This document shows positions 1 through 9,202 of a DNA stretch of 42,427 nucleotides, one piece after another. Positions within the stretch are counted from its first letter, which is position 1. Every line of letters starts with the position of its first letter. Under the pieces are notes generated by a model. That model was not told the DNA's origin. It saw nothing but the letters and a program-made list of their open reading frames with translations, and searched no databases. Made by a program: the position numbers and the translations under genes. Location: assembly GCA_048885925.1 (NCBI GenBank), contig JBHLLG010000023.1, positions 1 to 42,427 of the forward strand, given 5' to 3'. This DNA comes from Candidatus Hermodarchaeota archaeon. GTDB lineage: Archaea > Asgardarchaeota > Lokiarchaeia > Sigyniarchaeales > SOKP01.

Positions 1-287
1 AAATCTCCCATGAGCTGATAAGGATCCGTGATCGTTCTTGGACATTGATTATAACAAATTCCGCATCCTGTGCATTTGCCTATCAATTTTGGTTGTCCTG
101 CTAAATCATCCCATTCCAACACCGGACATACAGCAGCACAAGTAGCACATTCAGTACAAATCCCTGTTCGAACGATCTCCTTCATTAATAATCCGAAACT
201 GTCTTTAGCGCCTTCAAGCTTCTTCTGAATATACTCAAATGAATATTCATATGGACTTTCAGTTTTCTCAGATTTATCTTCTGTCAT
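1..287 (-). CDS. 5' part of a coenzyme F420 hydrogenase/dehydrogenase beta-subunit (FrhB/FdhB-like) protein with 2x[4Fe-4S] ferredoxin domain; runs off the window edge
   Basis: Not in the ORF track. Manual translation from ATG at 287 gives MTEDKSEKTESPYEYSFEYIQKKLEGAKDSFGLLMKEIVRTGICTECATCAAVCP...GKCTGCGICYNQCPRT, with two CxxCxxCxxxCP motifs like those of ORF 14333. Confidence 0.75.
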   Translation of the reverse strand, partial: MTEDKSEKTESPYEYSFEYIQKKLEGAKDSFGLLMKEIVRTGICTECATCAAVCPVLEWDDLAGQPKLIGKCTGCGICYNQCPRTITDPYQLMGD

Positions 288-456
288 GATATTCTATTGA
301 TACCTTAAATTTAATTATAAATTCATGAAAGTTCTAATTAATAAAATAGGTTCTGTAAAAAAAATATTATTAAATTATTAAATAAGCATTTAGCCCTTTT
401 TGAAAAAAAAGTAAAAAAAGGTTAAAAATAAATTATAAAGTGAAATACTGATAAGT

Positions 457-648
457 ATGATCCCAAAAACTATCATTGAAAAATTGATTGAGAATTATGT
501 TTATGTTTACATTAAAAACATAGCAAAAGAATTTGCAGGCAAACTCCTCTCTATAACAGAAGATGACATAATAGTTTTAGAAGATAAGTATAATAATGTT
601 ATTTATATACCGATATCCGAAATTACTATTATAACTGAAAGACGATAA
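457..648 (+). CDS. small Sm/LSm-like beta-barrel protein
   Basis: 63 aa with pattern VYVYIK..EFAGKLLSITEDDIIVLED..VIYIPISEITII resembling the Sm1/Sm2 strands. Confidence 0.55.
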   Translation: MIPKTIIEKLIENYVYVYIKNIAKEFAGKLLSITEDDIIVLEDKYNNVIYIPISEITIITERR

Positions 649-682
649 ATTTATAAATATAATACTAAAATCTATGAAAAAT

Positions 683-2281
683 CTAATTATTCATATTATT
701 TGCTTCAAGCCTTTCCTCAATGTGTTTTATTGCATTTGAAGCATAGATCCTAACAACCCTATGAAAATCATTAACTCTTTTTAATAACGCACTGAGCACT
801 TTTTCATCCCCAAATGTTTCTAATAGTTTTATTATACCCAATTTAACTTTATAATTTTCATCTTCTTGTTGTCCTAAATATTCAGATATTAAAGCAATCT
901 TTTTATTAAATAATCTTCTTATATCTTCACTTTTTATTCGATACCAATTTCTTTGGAAAACATTATAAATAGCATCAATTGTGACTTTCTTAATCAACCA
1001 ATATTCTTTTTTATCGTCTAAAATATTTATTAAAGAGTCTAAAGGTTCAAAATTACCAATTTTTCCTAAAGCAATTATAGCAATTTTTCTTACATCTAAA
1101 TTTCGTACTCTTAATAAACCTAATAAAGGTTTTACAAAATCCTCTTTCCCTATCTCTCCTAAAATAAAAGCTACACTTTCTTTTATGGTATTATTATCTC
1201 GATTTAGACAAGAAAATAATTCTTCATAAGTAGCATCTTTATTATTCAAATATATTTTCTTAATAGCATCAAGAATGTATAATTTCATATCTAAATCAGT
1301 ATATTCGAAACTCATATCTTCAATGTCTAAAACGTTTAAAAGCTCGGGTACAGCAGATAATTCTCCGATTTCACCTAAAGCTTCTATAGCAGCTATACTG
1401 ACCTCATTATAAATATTATCTAAATTAGTTAATAGTAAATCTACAGCACTCTTCAGTTTTAATTTCCCACTTAAAATTACCGAATTCTTTCTTACTATGA
1501 AATCATCGTTTAACAATAATTTAATTAAATCTTTTTCAACCTTATCTTCTAATAATTTTAAAATAATGATTACGGAATTCAGAAGATCTGAATCTTCTTC
1601 TTTTAAAATTAACGTTATAACATCGAGTAAAATATTTTTATTTTGAATTAAGTTTGTTAAAATTTCAGGATATTTTGCTTTTAAGTAACTCATATCTTCA
1701 AAAGATACATTTATACTTGATAACTCATATCCAATTAATTTTACTACTTCAGTTTTATGTTTATTTGAAAATCTCTTATTATTTAATGAATTTATTGATA
1801 ATTTTATAAGATCTTCAGGATTCAGACTTAATAATTGAATTGTAACATAATCTTTTATTGAATGATAATTATTATCAAGTTCATTAATAAATAGTTGAAT
1901 TTCGTGATCTTCAAATCTAATTTTATGTATTGCCTTTAAAACTGATAACTTTATTTGGTTATCAACTTGTTCTTGTTCTAATATCCATTTTAAAGGTTTC
2001 AATCCTTTCTCATGTTTTATTCTCCCTAACGCTTTTGCGGCTTCACATTTTATTTCAATTTTATCATCGGAAACTAACAAATTCTCAAAAGTACCAAAGC
2101 ATTCATTCTTTATCGAATTTGAATTAATGCCTATTAAAGCCAAATATTTAATTGCTTCTTTCCTTTCATTGTCATCCGCATCGGATTCGATTATTTCAGT
2201 TAATAAACTCGCTGAATTCTTAAATCCTAATTCCTCACTTCTCTTAAAAATTTCTTGCGGACGAATCTTTGATTGTTGCAT
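683..2281 (-). CDS. HEAT/PBS-lyase repeat protein
   Basis: Repeated helical units such as 'EAAKALGRI', 'AAIEALGEIG', 'VAFILGEIG' and 'AIIALGKIG'. Confidence 0.9.
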   Translation of the reverse strand: MQQSKIRPQEIFKRSEELGFKNSASLLTEIIESDADDNERKEAIKYLALIGINSNSIKNECFGTFENLLVSDDKIEIKCEAAKALGRIKHEKGLKPLKWILEQEQVDNQIKLSVLKAIHKIRFEDHEIQLFINELDNNYHSIKDYVTIQLLSLNPEDLIKLSINSLNNKRFSNKHKTEVVKLIGYELSSINVSFEDMSYLKAKYPEILTNLIQNKNILLDVITLILKEEDSDLLNSVIIILKLLEDKVEKDLIKLLLNDDFIVRKNSVILSGKLKLKSAVDLLLTNLDNIYNEVSIAAIEALGEIGELSAVPELLNVLDIEDMSFEYTDLDMKLYILDAIKKIYLNNKDATYEELFSCLNRDNNTIKESVAFILGEIGKEDFVKPLLGLLRVRNLDVRKIAIIALGKIGNFEPLDSLINILDDKKEYWLIKKVTIDAIYNVFQRNWYRIKSEDIRRLFNKKIALISEYLGQQEDENYKVKLGIIKLLETFGDEKVLSALLKRVNDFHRVVRIYASNAIKHIEERLEANNMNN

Positions 2282-2578
2282 TCAAGAATCCTTCAGTTAT
2301 TTTCAAATCTCTTATTTTTTCTTTGATTATTATCATAGTAGATCAAATGAATATAAAATATTTTCTGATTTCCAACATAAATACGATTTTCCTCTATCAA
2401 AATCATATAAAATTATCGAATTCGGAAAAGCTAGAAGAAAAAAATATCAGAATTCCCCATATAATATCTTGATTTTAATTAAAATAATTATAATACTAAA
2501 TTCAAAAAGTTCATTTTAATCTAAAATCCTTGGTTCTTTATCAATAGATTTAAAATAAATAAATTCTGAACATTATCT

Positions 2579-3304
2579 ATGACTGTACGTCAATCTATAA
2601 ATAAAGCAAGGGCAAAATTTTACAATGTTGTAACAAATTTTAATGTTATAAAATATTGCGCCATGGGCGTTATGATAGGATATATTTCTTTACTCATAAT
2701 TGGGGTTATTGTCGCTGCCTTGTTAGATCCCGATGGATATACTATTTGGGATAACTGGATTTCTGATCTTGGATCAAGTGAACACACTCCAGCACCTTAT
2801 TTATATGACATTGCTTGTATTGTTGCAGGATCTCTGACTCTTCCGCTTACTTTCTATATGGAAAAATTTCTTGCCCCATTACCTAAGAGAACTAATATTG
2901 GAGAACAACACTTTTCTCGATTGCGATTTCGTTTAAGTAGTTTTGCTTTCTTATTTAGTCTTATAGGGAATTTTGGTTATATTGGAGTAGGAATATTCAG
3001 TGCAGATCGTGATTATGATGCATTTAGTGTCTTAGGACAAGGACCGCACGGTATTATGTCTTATCTCGCTTTTGGAGGCTTTACTTTTGGTGCTTTCTTC
3101 ATGGGATGGTTAATCGTGTTATATAATACTAAGATACCAAAAATTCTGGGAATCTATGGAATATTTGGTCCATTAACTGTGGCTATTTTGAATCTAATTG
3201 AAGGTACTGAATTACTAGAGTGGATGTTGCTCTTCTCAATTTTAGCCTGGATCATCCCTCTTTCTCTCATTGTGCTAATGAAACCTGACTTAATTCCAAG
3301 GTAA
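2579..3304 (+). CDS. DUF998-like membrane protein
   Basis: Multiple hydrophobic segments; 'GYTIWDNWISDLG', 'GVGIFS' and 'ELLEW' motifs. Confidence 0.7.
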   Translation: MTVRQSINKARAKFYNVVTNFNVIKYCAMGVMIGYISLLIIGVIVAALLDPDGYTIWDNWISDLGSSEHTPAPYLYDIACIVAGSLTLPLTFYMEKFLAPLPKRTNIGEQHFSRLRFRLSSFAFLFSLIGNFGYIGVGIFSADRDYDAFSVLGQGPHGIMSYLAFGGFTFGAFFMGWLIVLYNTKIPKILGIYGIFGPLTVAILNLIEGTELLEWMLLFSILAWIIPLSLIVLMKPDLIPR

Positions 3305-3361
3305 AATTAAGTATAAAATCTCAATATTTATTACAATATTTTTTTTATTTTTAAATTAGAT

Positions 3362-4042
3362 TTATACATATCTCCCAAAAAAAAATTCCATTGCTTTGTT
3401 TTCTGCTTTCCTTAGAAATTTATTAACAGCTGAAATAGTAATCCCAAAATGATCTGCTATTTTAGAGGCACTAATTTTTTTAGGTGAATTAAAGTAGCCA
3501 TTTTTAGCAGCATAAGTGGCAATATCTTTCTGGCGTTTAGTAAATTCTGGAAAAGGTATAGCAGATCTCCAAAGAGTATTATCAAACTTATCTAATTTAT
3601 CGACGTCTGTCATTCCGATAATCTTGAAATTCTTTGTAAACGATGAAATTATGTTAAATAAGTTCTCTATATATTCATTTTGAGAAATGATATTTATTAG
3701 AAGAATTTGTTGAGAAACGTGAATAGGGAACAAAAGAGCCCAAGGTCCTGAATCAAAAATAGGAAAAAATCCTGACTTATTACTTTGATTCATGATACAA
3801 ATAATTTCTTTACCAGATTGAGCCAAGAGTTGAAAAGCTTCTGGTTGAAAATAAGATTTTATATAGTTCTCAATCGCTCCTTCAATTTCATGTTTAAATC
3901 TAATTTTTTGTAATGCAAAAAAATGGGTCTGATCATATTGAAAGGCATTTAATATTTCTACAAACTCTAATTCTTGAAATAATTCAGCAAACCCAATATG
4001 TTCAAGAAAATTACCAGGTATTTGCAATCGTATAACTTTCAT
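3362..4042 (-). CDS. HTH_10 (bacterio-opsin activator-type) transcriptional regulator
   Basis: C-terminal 'FTKRQKDIATYAAKNGYFNSPKKISASKIADHFGITISAVNKFLRKAE'. Confidence 0.85.
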   Translation of the reverse strand: MKVIRLQIPGNFLEHIGFAELFQELEFVEILNAFQYDQTHFFALQKIRFKHEIEGAIENYIKSYFQPEAFQLLAQSGKEIICIMNQSNKSGFFPIFDSGPWALLFPIHVSQQILLINIISQNEYIENLFNIISSFTKNFKIIGMTDVDKLDKFDNTLWRSAIPFPEFTKRQKDIATYAAKNGYFNSPKKISASKIADHFGITISAVNKFLRKAENKAMEFFFGRYV

Positions 4043-4103
4043 TACTTTTTTACTCTTTCAAATTAATGTACTATATATATTCAAATTCTTATCTCTTTTT
4101 ATA

Positions 4104-4119
4104 GGTTGCGATCGCAACC
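4104..4119. promoter_or_regulatory. perfect 16-bp palindrome, candidate operator
   Basis: GGTTGCGA|TCGCAACC, GC-rich within the AT-rich gap between the divergent HTH_10 regulator and the epimerase gene. Confidence 0.55.
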
Positions 4120-4263
4120 CCATAACATAAATATAAATTCTTATATAATATTATTAAGGGTCAATCTAATTTCTCTCAAAGGAATAAAGATTGATGGTAT
4201 GAGAATATATCTCTTATAGTAATTAGCTTTAAAAGTTAATATTAATCAATTTCAGGTCTAAAG

Positions 4264-5244
4264 GTGGTAATTTTGAAAATTTTGCTTACAGGAGCATTTG
4301 GTAATGTTGGATTAAGTACCTTAAAAGAACTAATTAAAAGAAATTATGATATTAGAGTTTTTGATATTAAGACTAAAAGAAATAATAGACTAGCACATAA
4401 ATTTAGGAAAGATATAAAAGTTGTTTGGGGCGATATAAGAAATCCTAAAGACGTAGAACGAGCTGTTTCTGATAGAGATGTCGTTATACATGTTGCTGCA
4501 ATTATTCCTCCTCTTGCTGATAAAAAGCCGAAATTTGCAGAATCAGTAAATGTAGGAGGAACTGCAAATTTGATTGAGGCTATGCAAAACCAACCCAAAA
4601 AACCACAACTTATATTTACTTCTTCAGTTGCAGTATATGGTGATCGCCTTGAGAATCCTTTAATAACCCCAGATGACCCTATAAACCCCAATTTTGATGA
4701 TGAATATGCCAAACAAAAAGTAAAATGCGAACAATTAATTAAAAATTCGAGTCTGGAATGGGTTATCTTTCGTTTAACATATATAGTATCTTTGAATAAA
4801 CTGCAAATAGACCCATTAATGTTTGAAATGCCACTCGAAACAAGCATCGAAATCTGTGATACTAAAGATGTGGGTCTTGCTCTTGCTAATGCGGTTGAGT
4901 GTAATAAAAAATGGGGTGAAACTATGCATATTGCAGGGGGACTACAATGTCGTATTACATATCGCGAATATCTTAATGAAATGCTAGATATTTTTGGTAT
5001 TGGACGTGATTTCTTGCCTGAAGAAGCTTTCAGACAAATTAGAGGCTTTCACTGTGGCTATATGACAACAGATAAAAGCCAAGCACTTCTAAATTATCAA
5101 AGATATACTCTTGATGATTATTTTAATGCAGTACGAAAGAAAGTAGCAATTTCACGATTTTTTACAATGATATTTAAACCAATAGCCCAAAAATATCTTT
5201 TAAATAAATCCCATTATTATAAAGAATATTTAAAAAACAATTAA
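4264..5244 (+). CDS. NAD-dependent epimerase/dehydratase (extended SDR)
   Basis: TGAFGNVG Rossmann motif, HVAA, TSSVAVYG and YAKQK (YxxxK). Confidence 0.9.
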   Translation: MVILKILLTGAFGNVGLSTLKELIKRNYDIRVFDIKTKRNNRLAHKFRKDIKVVWGDIRNPKDVERAVSDRDVVIHVAAIIPPLADKKPKFAESVNVGGTANLIEAMQNQPKKPQLIFTSSVAVYGDRLENPLITPDDPINPNFDDEYAKQKVKCEQLIKNSSLEWVIFRLTYIVSLNKLQIDPLMFEMPLETSIEICDTKDVGLALANAVECNKKWGETMHIAGGLQCRITYREYLNEMLDIFGIGRDFLPEEAFRQIRGFHCGYMTTDKSQALLNYQRYTLDDYFNAVRKKVAISRFFTMIFKPIAQKYLLNKSHYYKEYLKNN

Positions 5245-5429
5245 TTTGATTTTTTACAATTAAATTAAATTTTTTAAAAAAAATTTTGTTTATACTCAAT
5301 TTTTAGAATTTATTCTTTGATTTTTTAGTAGATATATTTTCTATTCCTTATATAAAATTCAAAAAGTATTAATAAAGGTTAATAGTCCCAATAAAAAAAT
5401 TTTTTAACAATTAGAATATTCTTTTAAAC

Positions 5430-5446
5430 TAGTCAAGATTTGACTA
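5430..5446. promoter_or_regulatory. 7-3-7 inverted repeat upstream of the flavodoxin gene, candidate operator
   Basis: TAGTCAA-GAT-TTGACTA, 25 nt before ATG 5471. Confidence 0.35.
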
Positions 5447-5470
5447 AAAGAAAAAAAAGTGTAATTCCAA

Positions 5471-5917
5471 ATGAATATACTTATTGCTTATGATACTAAA
5501 TATGGAAATACTAAAAAAGTAGCAGAATTAATTGCTGAAGGTTTAAAAACAGTTGAGGGAAACACTGTTTCACTTGAAAATGTAAAAGAAATTAATCTAG
5601 AAAAAGATGAAACTTTTGATTTGATACTCATTGGTTCTCCAAACCAAATGGGGGCTCATATTAGTTCCGTAAAGAAATTCATAAAGAAACTTGCCAGTTC
5701 TTCATTAAAAGGGAATAGTTTTGCAGTATTCGACACATATGTAAAAAAAGATTTCGAAAAAGCTACAAAAAAAATGGAAAAACAAATTGCTAAAGTTATG
5801 CCAAATATGAAAAAAGTGAGTTCTGGCTTATCTATAAAAGTTGGGGGGATGAAGGGACCCATTATTGAAGAAGAACTTCCCAAATGCAAAGAGTTTGGAA
5901 TAAAATTAGCAAAATAA
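5471..5917 (+). CDS. flavodoxin family protein
   Basis: 'YDTKYGNTKKVAELIA' FMN phosphate loop; 'LIGSP' and 'AVFDTY' motifs. Confidence 0.9.
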   Translation: MNILIAYDTKYGNTKKVAELIAEGLKTVEGNTVSLENVKEINLEKDETFDLILIGSPNQMGAHISSVKKFIKKLASSSLKGNSFAVFDTYVKKDFEKATKKMEKQIAKVMPNMKKVSSGLSIKVGGMKGPIIEEELPKCKEFGIKLAK

Positions 5918-5963
5918 ATTCTAAAATCTTTTTTTTTAAAATCTCTAATTCATTTTCAATGTT

Positions 5964-6008
5964 ATTTTCATTGAAATCAGACTCTGAATTTACTTTTCCA
6001 ACCCAATT
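5964..6008 (+). repeat. intergenic repeat copy A
   Basis: ATTTTCATTGAAATCAGACTCTGAATTTACTTTTCCAACCCAATT; used as the reference copy. Confidence 0.85.
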
Positions 6009-6015
6009 ATGAAGA

Positions 6016-6648
6016 TTATCTTGATTTTCTTAACATACACCAAAGAGGTACATCAGTTTCAGGGATTATTGCATGGTTAATTATTTCAAATCCATATCTC
6101 TGGTAAAATGACAAATTTTTTTCATTATTAGTTTCCAAATAAATTGGTAACTCTTCACTATCAATTTTATTAAGCATAGCCCCGATTAGCAGCCCTCCAT
6201 ATCCTTTTCTTTGTTCTTCTGGTTTAACTGCAATATTTTGAAGATACCAATGATCAAAGGGCACAAGATCTTTATGTACAGATTCCTGATATTTAAATAC
6301 AGTTATAGTTCTTTTCATTGCTTTTAGTTTTAAACCTACTTTACGTGTTGCATAAAAACCACCATGTTTCATCATAGTCCAAGCAGATGGATAAACCTTA
6401 TCGGGGGGTAGCCATATTATCATTCCCTCTAAATTATTAGATGTTGCATAAGTTACTCCATTTCTTATTCCATACTCATAGATCATTTTAAATCCATATT
6501 TTAGTTTTTGCTTTCTTTCTTTCTCATCAGGATATACAAATATAGTAAAAGGATCATCTTGAAAAGCGTCCCCTGCTATTTCAATTGCCTTTCCAACATG
6601 CTTTGGTGTTAACTTAAAAAAACTGTCAATATCATTATTCATATTCAT
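6016..6648 (-). CDS. GNAT family N-acetyltransferase
   Basis: 'WYLQNIAVKPEEQRKGYGG' (motif A) and 'IYLETNNEKNLSFYQRYGF' (motif B). Confidence 0.9.
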   Translation of the reverse strand: MNMNNDIDSFFKLTPKHVGKAIEIAGDAFQDDPFTIFVYPDEKERKQKLKYGFKMIYEYGIRNGVTYATSNNLEGMIIWLPPDKVYPSAWTMMKHGGFYATRKVGLKLKAMKRTITVFKYQESVHKDLVPFDHWYLQNIAVKPEEQRKGYGGLLIGAMLNKIDSEELPIYLETNNEKNLSFYQRYGFEIINHAIIPETDVPLWCMLRKSR

Positions 6649-6791
6649 ATTAGAATTTAGAAAAGATTTGAATATAATAAATTAGTAGACCAGTATTTAT
6701 AAAGATCCTCTAATTTAGTATTGCTCTCATTAGAGAAAGCATAAAAATAATTCTTATTGGAATGAGTTGTCAAATTTTAACATTTGCAAAG

Positions 6792-6860
6792 AAATTTTCA
6801 GTGAAATTAGACGCTGATTTACCTTTCAATTCCAATTTCAAAGGAAATTAGGTATAAATT
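6792..6860 (+). repeat. intergenic repeat copy B (long form with hairpin)
   Basis: AAATTTTCAGTGAAATTAGACGCTGA-TTTACCTTTCAATTCCAATTTC-AAAG-GAAATTAGG; 24/28 identical to the copy A core. Confidence 0.8.
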
Positions 6861-6922
6861 TCAAAAGTTTTTTATACTCTTCTGTATATTCATATTCAAT
6901 AATTAAGAGGGTAGAAGTTATT

Positions 6923-8119
6923 GTGCTTGTTTTGGATGAATTTGGCAAAAATTATTTGCTTTTAGGACTTAGAATAGGAAAATTAATAGAGGGTTATGTG
7001 GAATCTTATTATGGTCTCCCAGAGTTGAAGGAAATAGTTGATATGGAACAGCCATCTTCTCCGAAGAGACTTTTATCTGTTTGTAACGGTCTCCAACAAG
7101 ATTTACCGAATCAAGGTTTTCCAGAGAATCGTATTAAATTTTTAAATAAAATGCTTGGAGCCATGGAAACATCATTAAAAGTAGCTAATGGTGAGAATAT
7201 TCCTTATTTAGAACAAGTTAATAAATTTTATGACATAAAACCAGAATTAGTAGATGATTCTATTATTTATAAAGCTGCTGAAACATTAGATGAAATTTAT
7301 AGTGGAAGTGGTAGTTTATCGGATCGGATTAATACTTTAGAGAAAGAACGTGCTATCCCTGCTGAAAAAATTAAAGAAATCTTTAATCACGCATTCCAGA
7401 TCGTTCAAGCAAAAACAAAAGAGTTATTTCCCAATTTATTACCAAAAAACGAAAAATTCAATATAAAAATTGTTAAAAATCAACCTTGGGGTGCAAGAGC
7501 GACATATTTAGGCAATTTTAATTCTCAAATCGAAATAAACACTGAAATCCCTGCTGATTGGACTAATGTTTTATCGTTAGCATCACACGAAGGATATCCA
7601 GGCCATCATACAGAATCTTCAGTTAAAGAAAAATTGCTTTATCTTGAAGAGCAACAGTTTGAACATTGTCTTGTATCATATCAGGTACCCAATTTGGTAA
7701 TTTCAGAAGGTATTGCCAATACGGGTATTGATGTATTATTTTCACCAAGAGAAATAGCAACAATAGGTCTTGAAGAAATTTGCCCCTTTCTTGAAAAAGA
7801 ATACAACATAGATGTGTTAATTGCTGAATATAATGCTAGAAAAACCCGTTTTGTTCTAACAAATAATCTTGCGTTTCATACTCATGTAGATGGTTGGTCT
7901 GACGAGAAATTAGTAAAATATGGATTAAATTTTGGAATTCTAACTGAAAATATCATAAAACACAGCTTAAAATTCATCCATCATCCAATAAGTTCAACTT
8001 ACGTTTTTAATTATAATATGGGGGAAATGTTAATCAAAAAAAAATATGGTGAACGACCATCTCCAGCTGATTTTAAACAACTTCTAACTCATCAGTTTTT
8101 ACCTTCAGACTTAGTATAA
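6923..8119 (+). CDS. DUF885-like protein (HExxxGHH, metallopeptidase-like)
   Basis: 'LASHEGYPGHH', 'SEGIA' and 'YVFNYNMG' motifs. Confidence 0.7.
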   Translation: MLVLDEFGKNYLLLGLRIGKLIEGYVESYYGLPELKEIVDMEQPSSPKRLLSVCNGLQQDLPNQGFPENRIKFLNKMLGAMETSLKVANGENIPYLEQVNKFYDIKPELVDDSIIYKAAETLDEIYSGSGSLSDRINTLEKERAIPAEKIKEIFNHAFQIVQAKTKELFPNLLPKNEKFNIKIVKNQPWGARATYLGNFNSQIEINTEIPADWTNVLSLASHEGYPGHHTESSVKEKLLYLEEQQFEHCLVSYQVPNLVISEGIANTGIDVLFSPREIATIGLEEICPFLEKEYNIDVLIAEYNARKTRFVLTNNLAFHTHVDGWSDEKLVKYGLNFGILTENIIKHSLKFIHHPISSTYVFNYNMGEMLIKKKYGERPSPADFKQLLTHQFLPSDLV

Positions 8120-8268
8120 CATCTTGTTCTTGAAAATTCTTCAATTCTAAAAAAGAGGTTTTACTTTCTCATTTATCAAAAGTTCAGATAATTAAGAACA
8201 AATAGTAAGTAGGTTCAAATTCCTCATCTTTAATAAATAGACAGGATTTCAATATTGTAATTTCCACT

Positions 8269-8306
8269 AAATTTTCATTGAAATCAGAAGTTGAATTTAC
8301 ATTTTC
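8269..8306 (+). repeat. intergenic repeat copy C
   Basis: AAATTTTCATTGAAATCAGAAGTTGAATTTACATTTTC; 25/28 identical to the copy A core. Confidence 0.85.
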
Positions 8307-8317
8307 GGAAATTATAT

Positions 8318-8983
8318 TTAATAAAGAAATGGAAAGAGTCTTTTAGTGTTCCTTTTATATTCTTCAAATTGTTTGCCAAATTTCTCTAGTAAAATTCTTT
8401 CTTCTTCGATTATGCGCATTCTGTATATTAAAAAAGTATATATAAACATAATAATAAGGGTAATGATACATCTGAAAACAAGACAGAATCCAATAGTAGC
8501 AATTAAACCACCAGAATACATGGGATTTCGAATATATTTATATACTCCCTCGGTAAAGAGTTGATGATCCTCTTCGATACTTAATTCTGCAGTTCCAAAT
8601 CGACCTAATTGAACTCTTGCCACGAAAATTACCAAGGCACCAGTAATATAGAGAATGAATCCTATATAACTAATAATAACACTATCCCATAAGGGGAATT
8701 TTTGGGATATAAGCAATGTATTTTCGAGATGCGCCCCTATTAGGAAAAAAGGAGATAATAAAAGCATACTTAATATTAAAATATCATAAATTTTTGAAGC
8801 GCTTTTTTCTTCTGGAAGGGAACGTATTAACGTATCTGCAAGAGTAAACATATATGCAGTGAGCAAATATATCACATAAATAGGAATCGAGTATATCTCT
8901 GGTACAAGAATTATGTAGAATATGTTTTGGTAAATAAGATAAACAAATATGAAAAGTAAAAGTTTTTTTATGATATCGTTCAT
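8318..8983 (-). CDS. isoprenylcysteine carboxylmethyltransferase (ICMT/PEMT) family membrane protein
   Basis: 'HQLFTEGVYKYIRNPMYSG' and 'RIIEEERILLEKFGKQFEEY' motifs. Confidence 0.85.
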   Translation of the reverse strand: MNDIIKKLLLFIFVYLIYQNIFYIILVPEIYSIPIYVIYLLTAYMFTLADTLIRSLPEEKSASKIYDILILSMLLLSPFFLIGAHLENTLLISQKFPLWDSVIISYIGFILYITGALVIFVARVQLGRFGTAELSIEEDHQLFTEGVYKYIRNPMYSGGLIATIGFCLVFRCIITLIIMFIYTFLIYRMRIIEEERILLEKFGKQFEEYKRNTKRLFPFLY

Positions 8984-9069
8984 TTTAAGATTTGGTTTTT
9001 TAAGAAGATTATGGGATAAATCATTATAAATATTTTATGGAAAATTAATTCTTATTCTTTCTTCACAAA

Positions 9070-9130
9070 AATAACATTAAAATTAAACTCTAAATTTGCT
9101 TTACATCCCAATTTCACAAGAAATTGGGAT
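9070..9130 (+). repeat. intergenic repeat copy D (diverged core, perfect hairpin)
   Basis: AATAACATTAAAATTAAACTCTAAATTT (21/28 to the copy A core) followed by an 11-bp stem ATCCCAATTTC-ACAA-GAAATTGGGAT homologous to the copy B hairpin. Confidence 0.65.
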
Positions 9131-9202
9131 AAAAATTAAAGAATTTCGAACTTTATATGACTTCATCTTTGGTTGAGTAATATTACGGAGGTTCTAACTA
9201 TT

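Noticed and set aside
981-2519. Short plus-strand ORFs (981, 1930, 2127, 2269)
   Set aside because: Antisense shadows of the HEAT-repeat gene or AT-rich intergenic frames without motifs. The same applies to the other overlapping short ORFs (4344, 5656, 8346, 9660, 10660, 14361, 15175, 21201, 22447, 25124, 27555, 28883, 30893, 31353, 32906, 33461, 34703, 39828, 40329, 41643).
5964-6008. Repeat as a coding remnant (minus strand reads NWxxxVNxxSDFNEN)
   Set aside because: Copy B has an indel and a stop, and no copy has a start or extended frame. It cannot be excluded as the origin of the repeat but is not supportable as a CDS.
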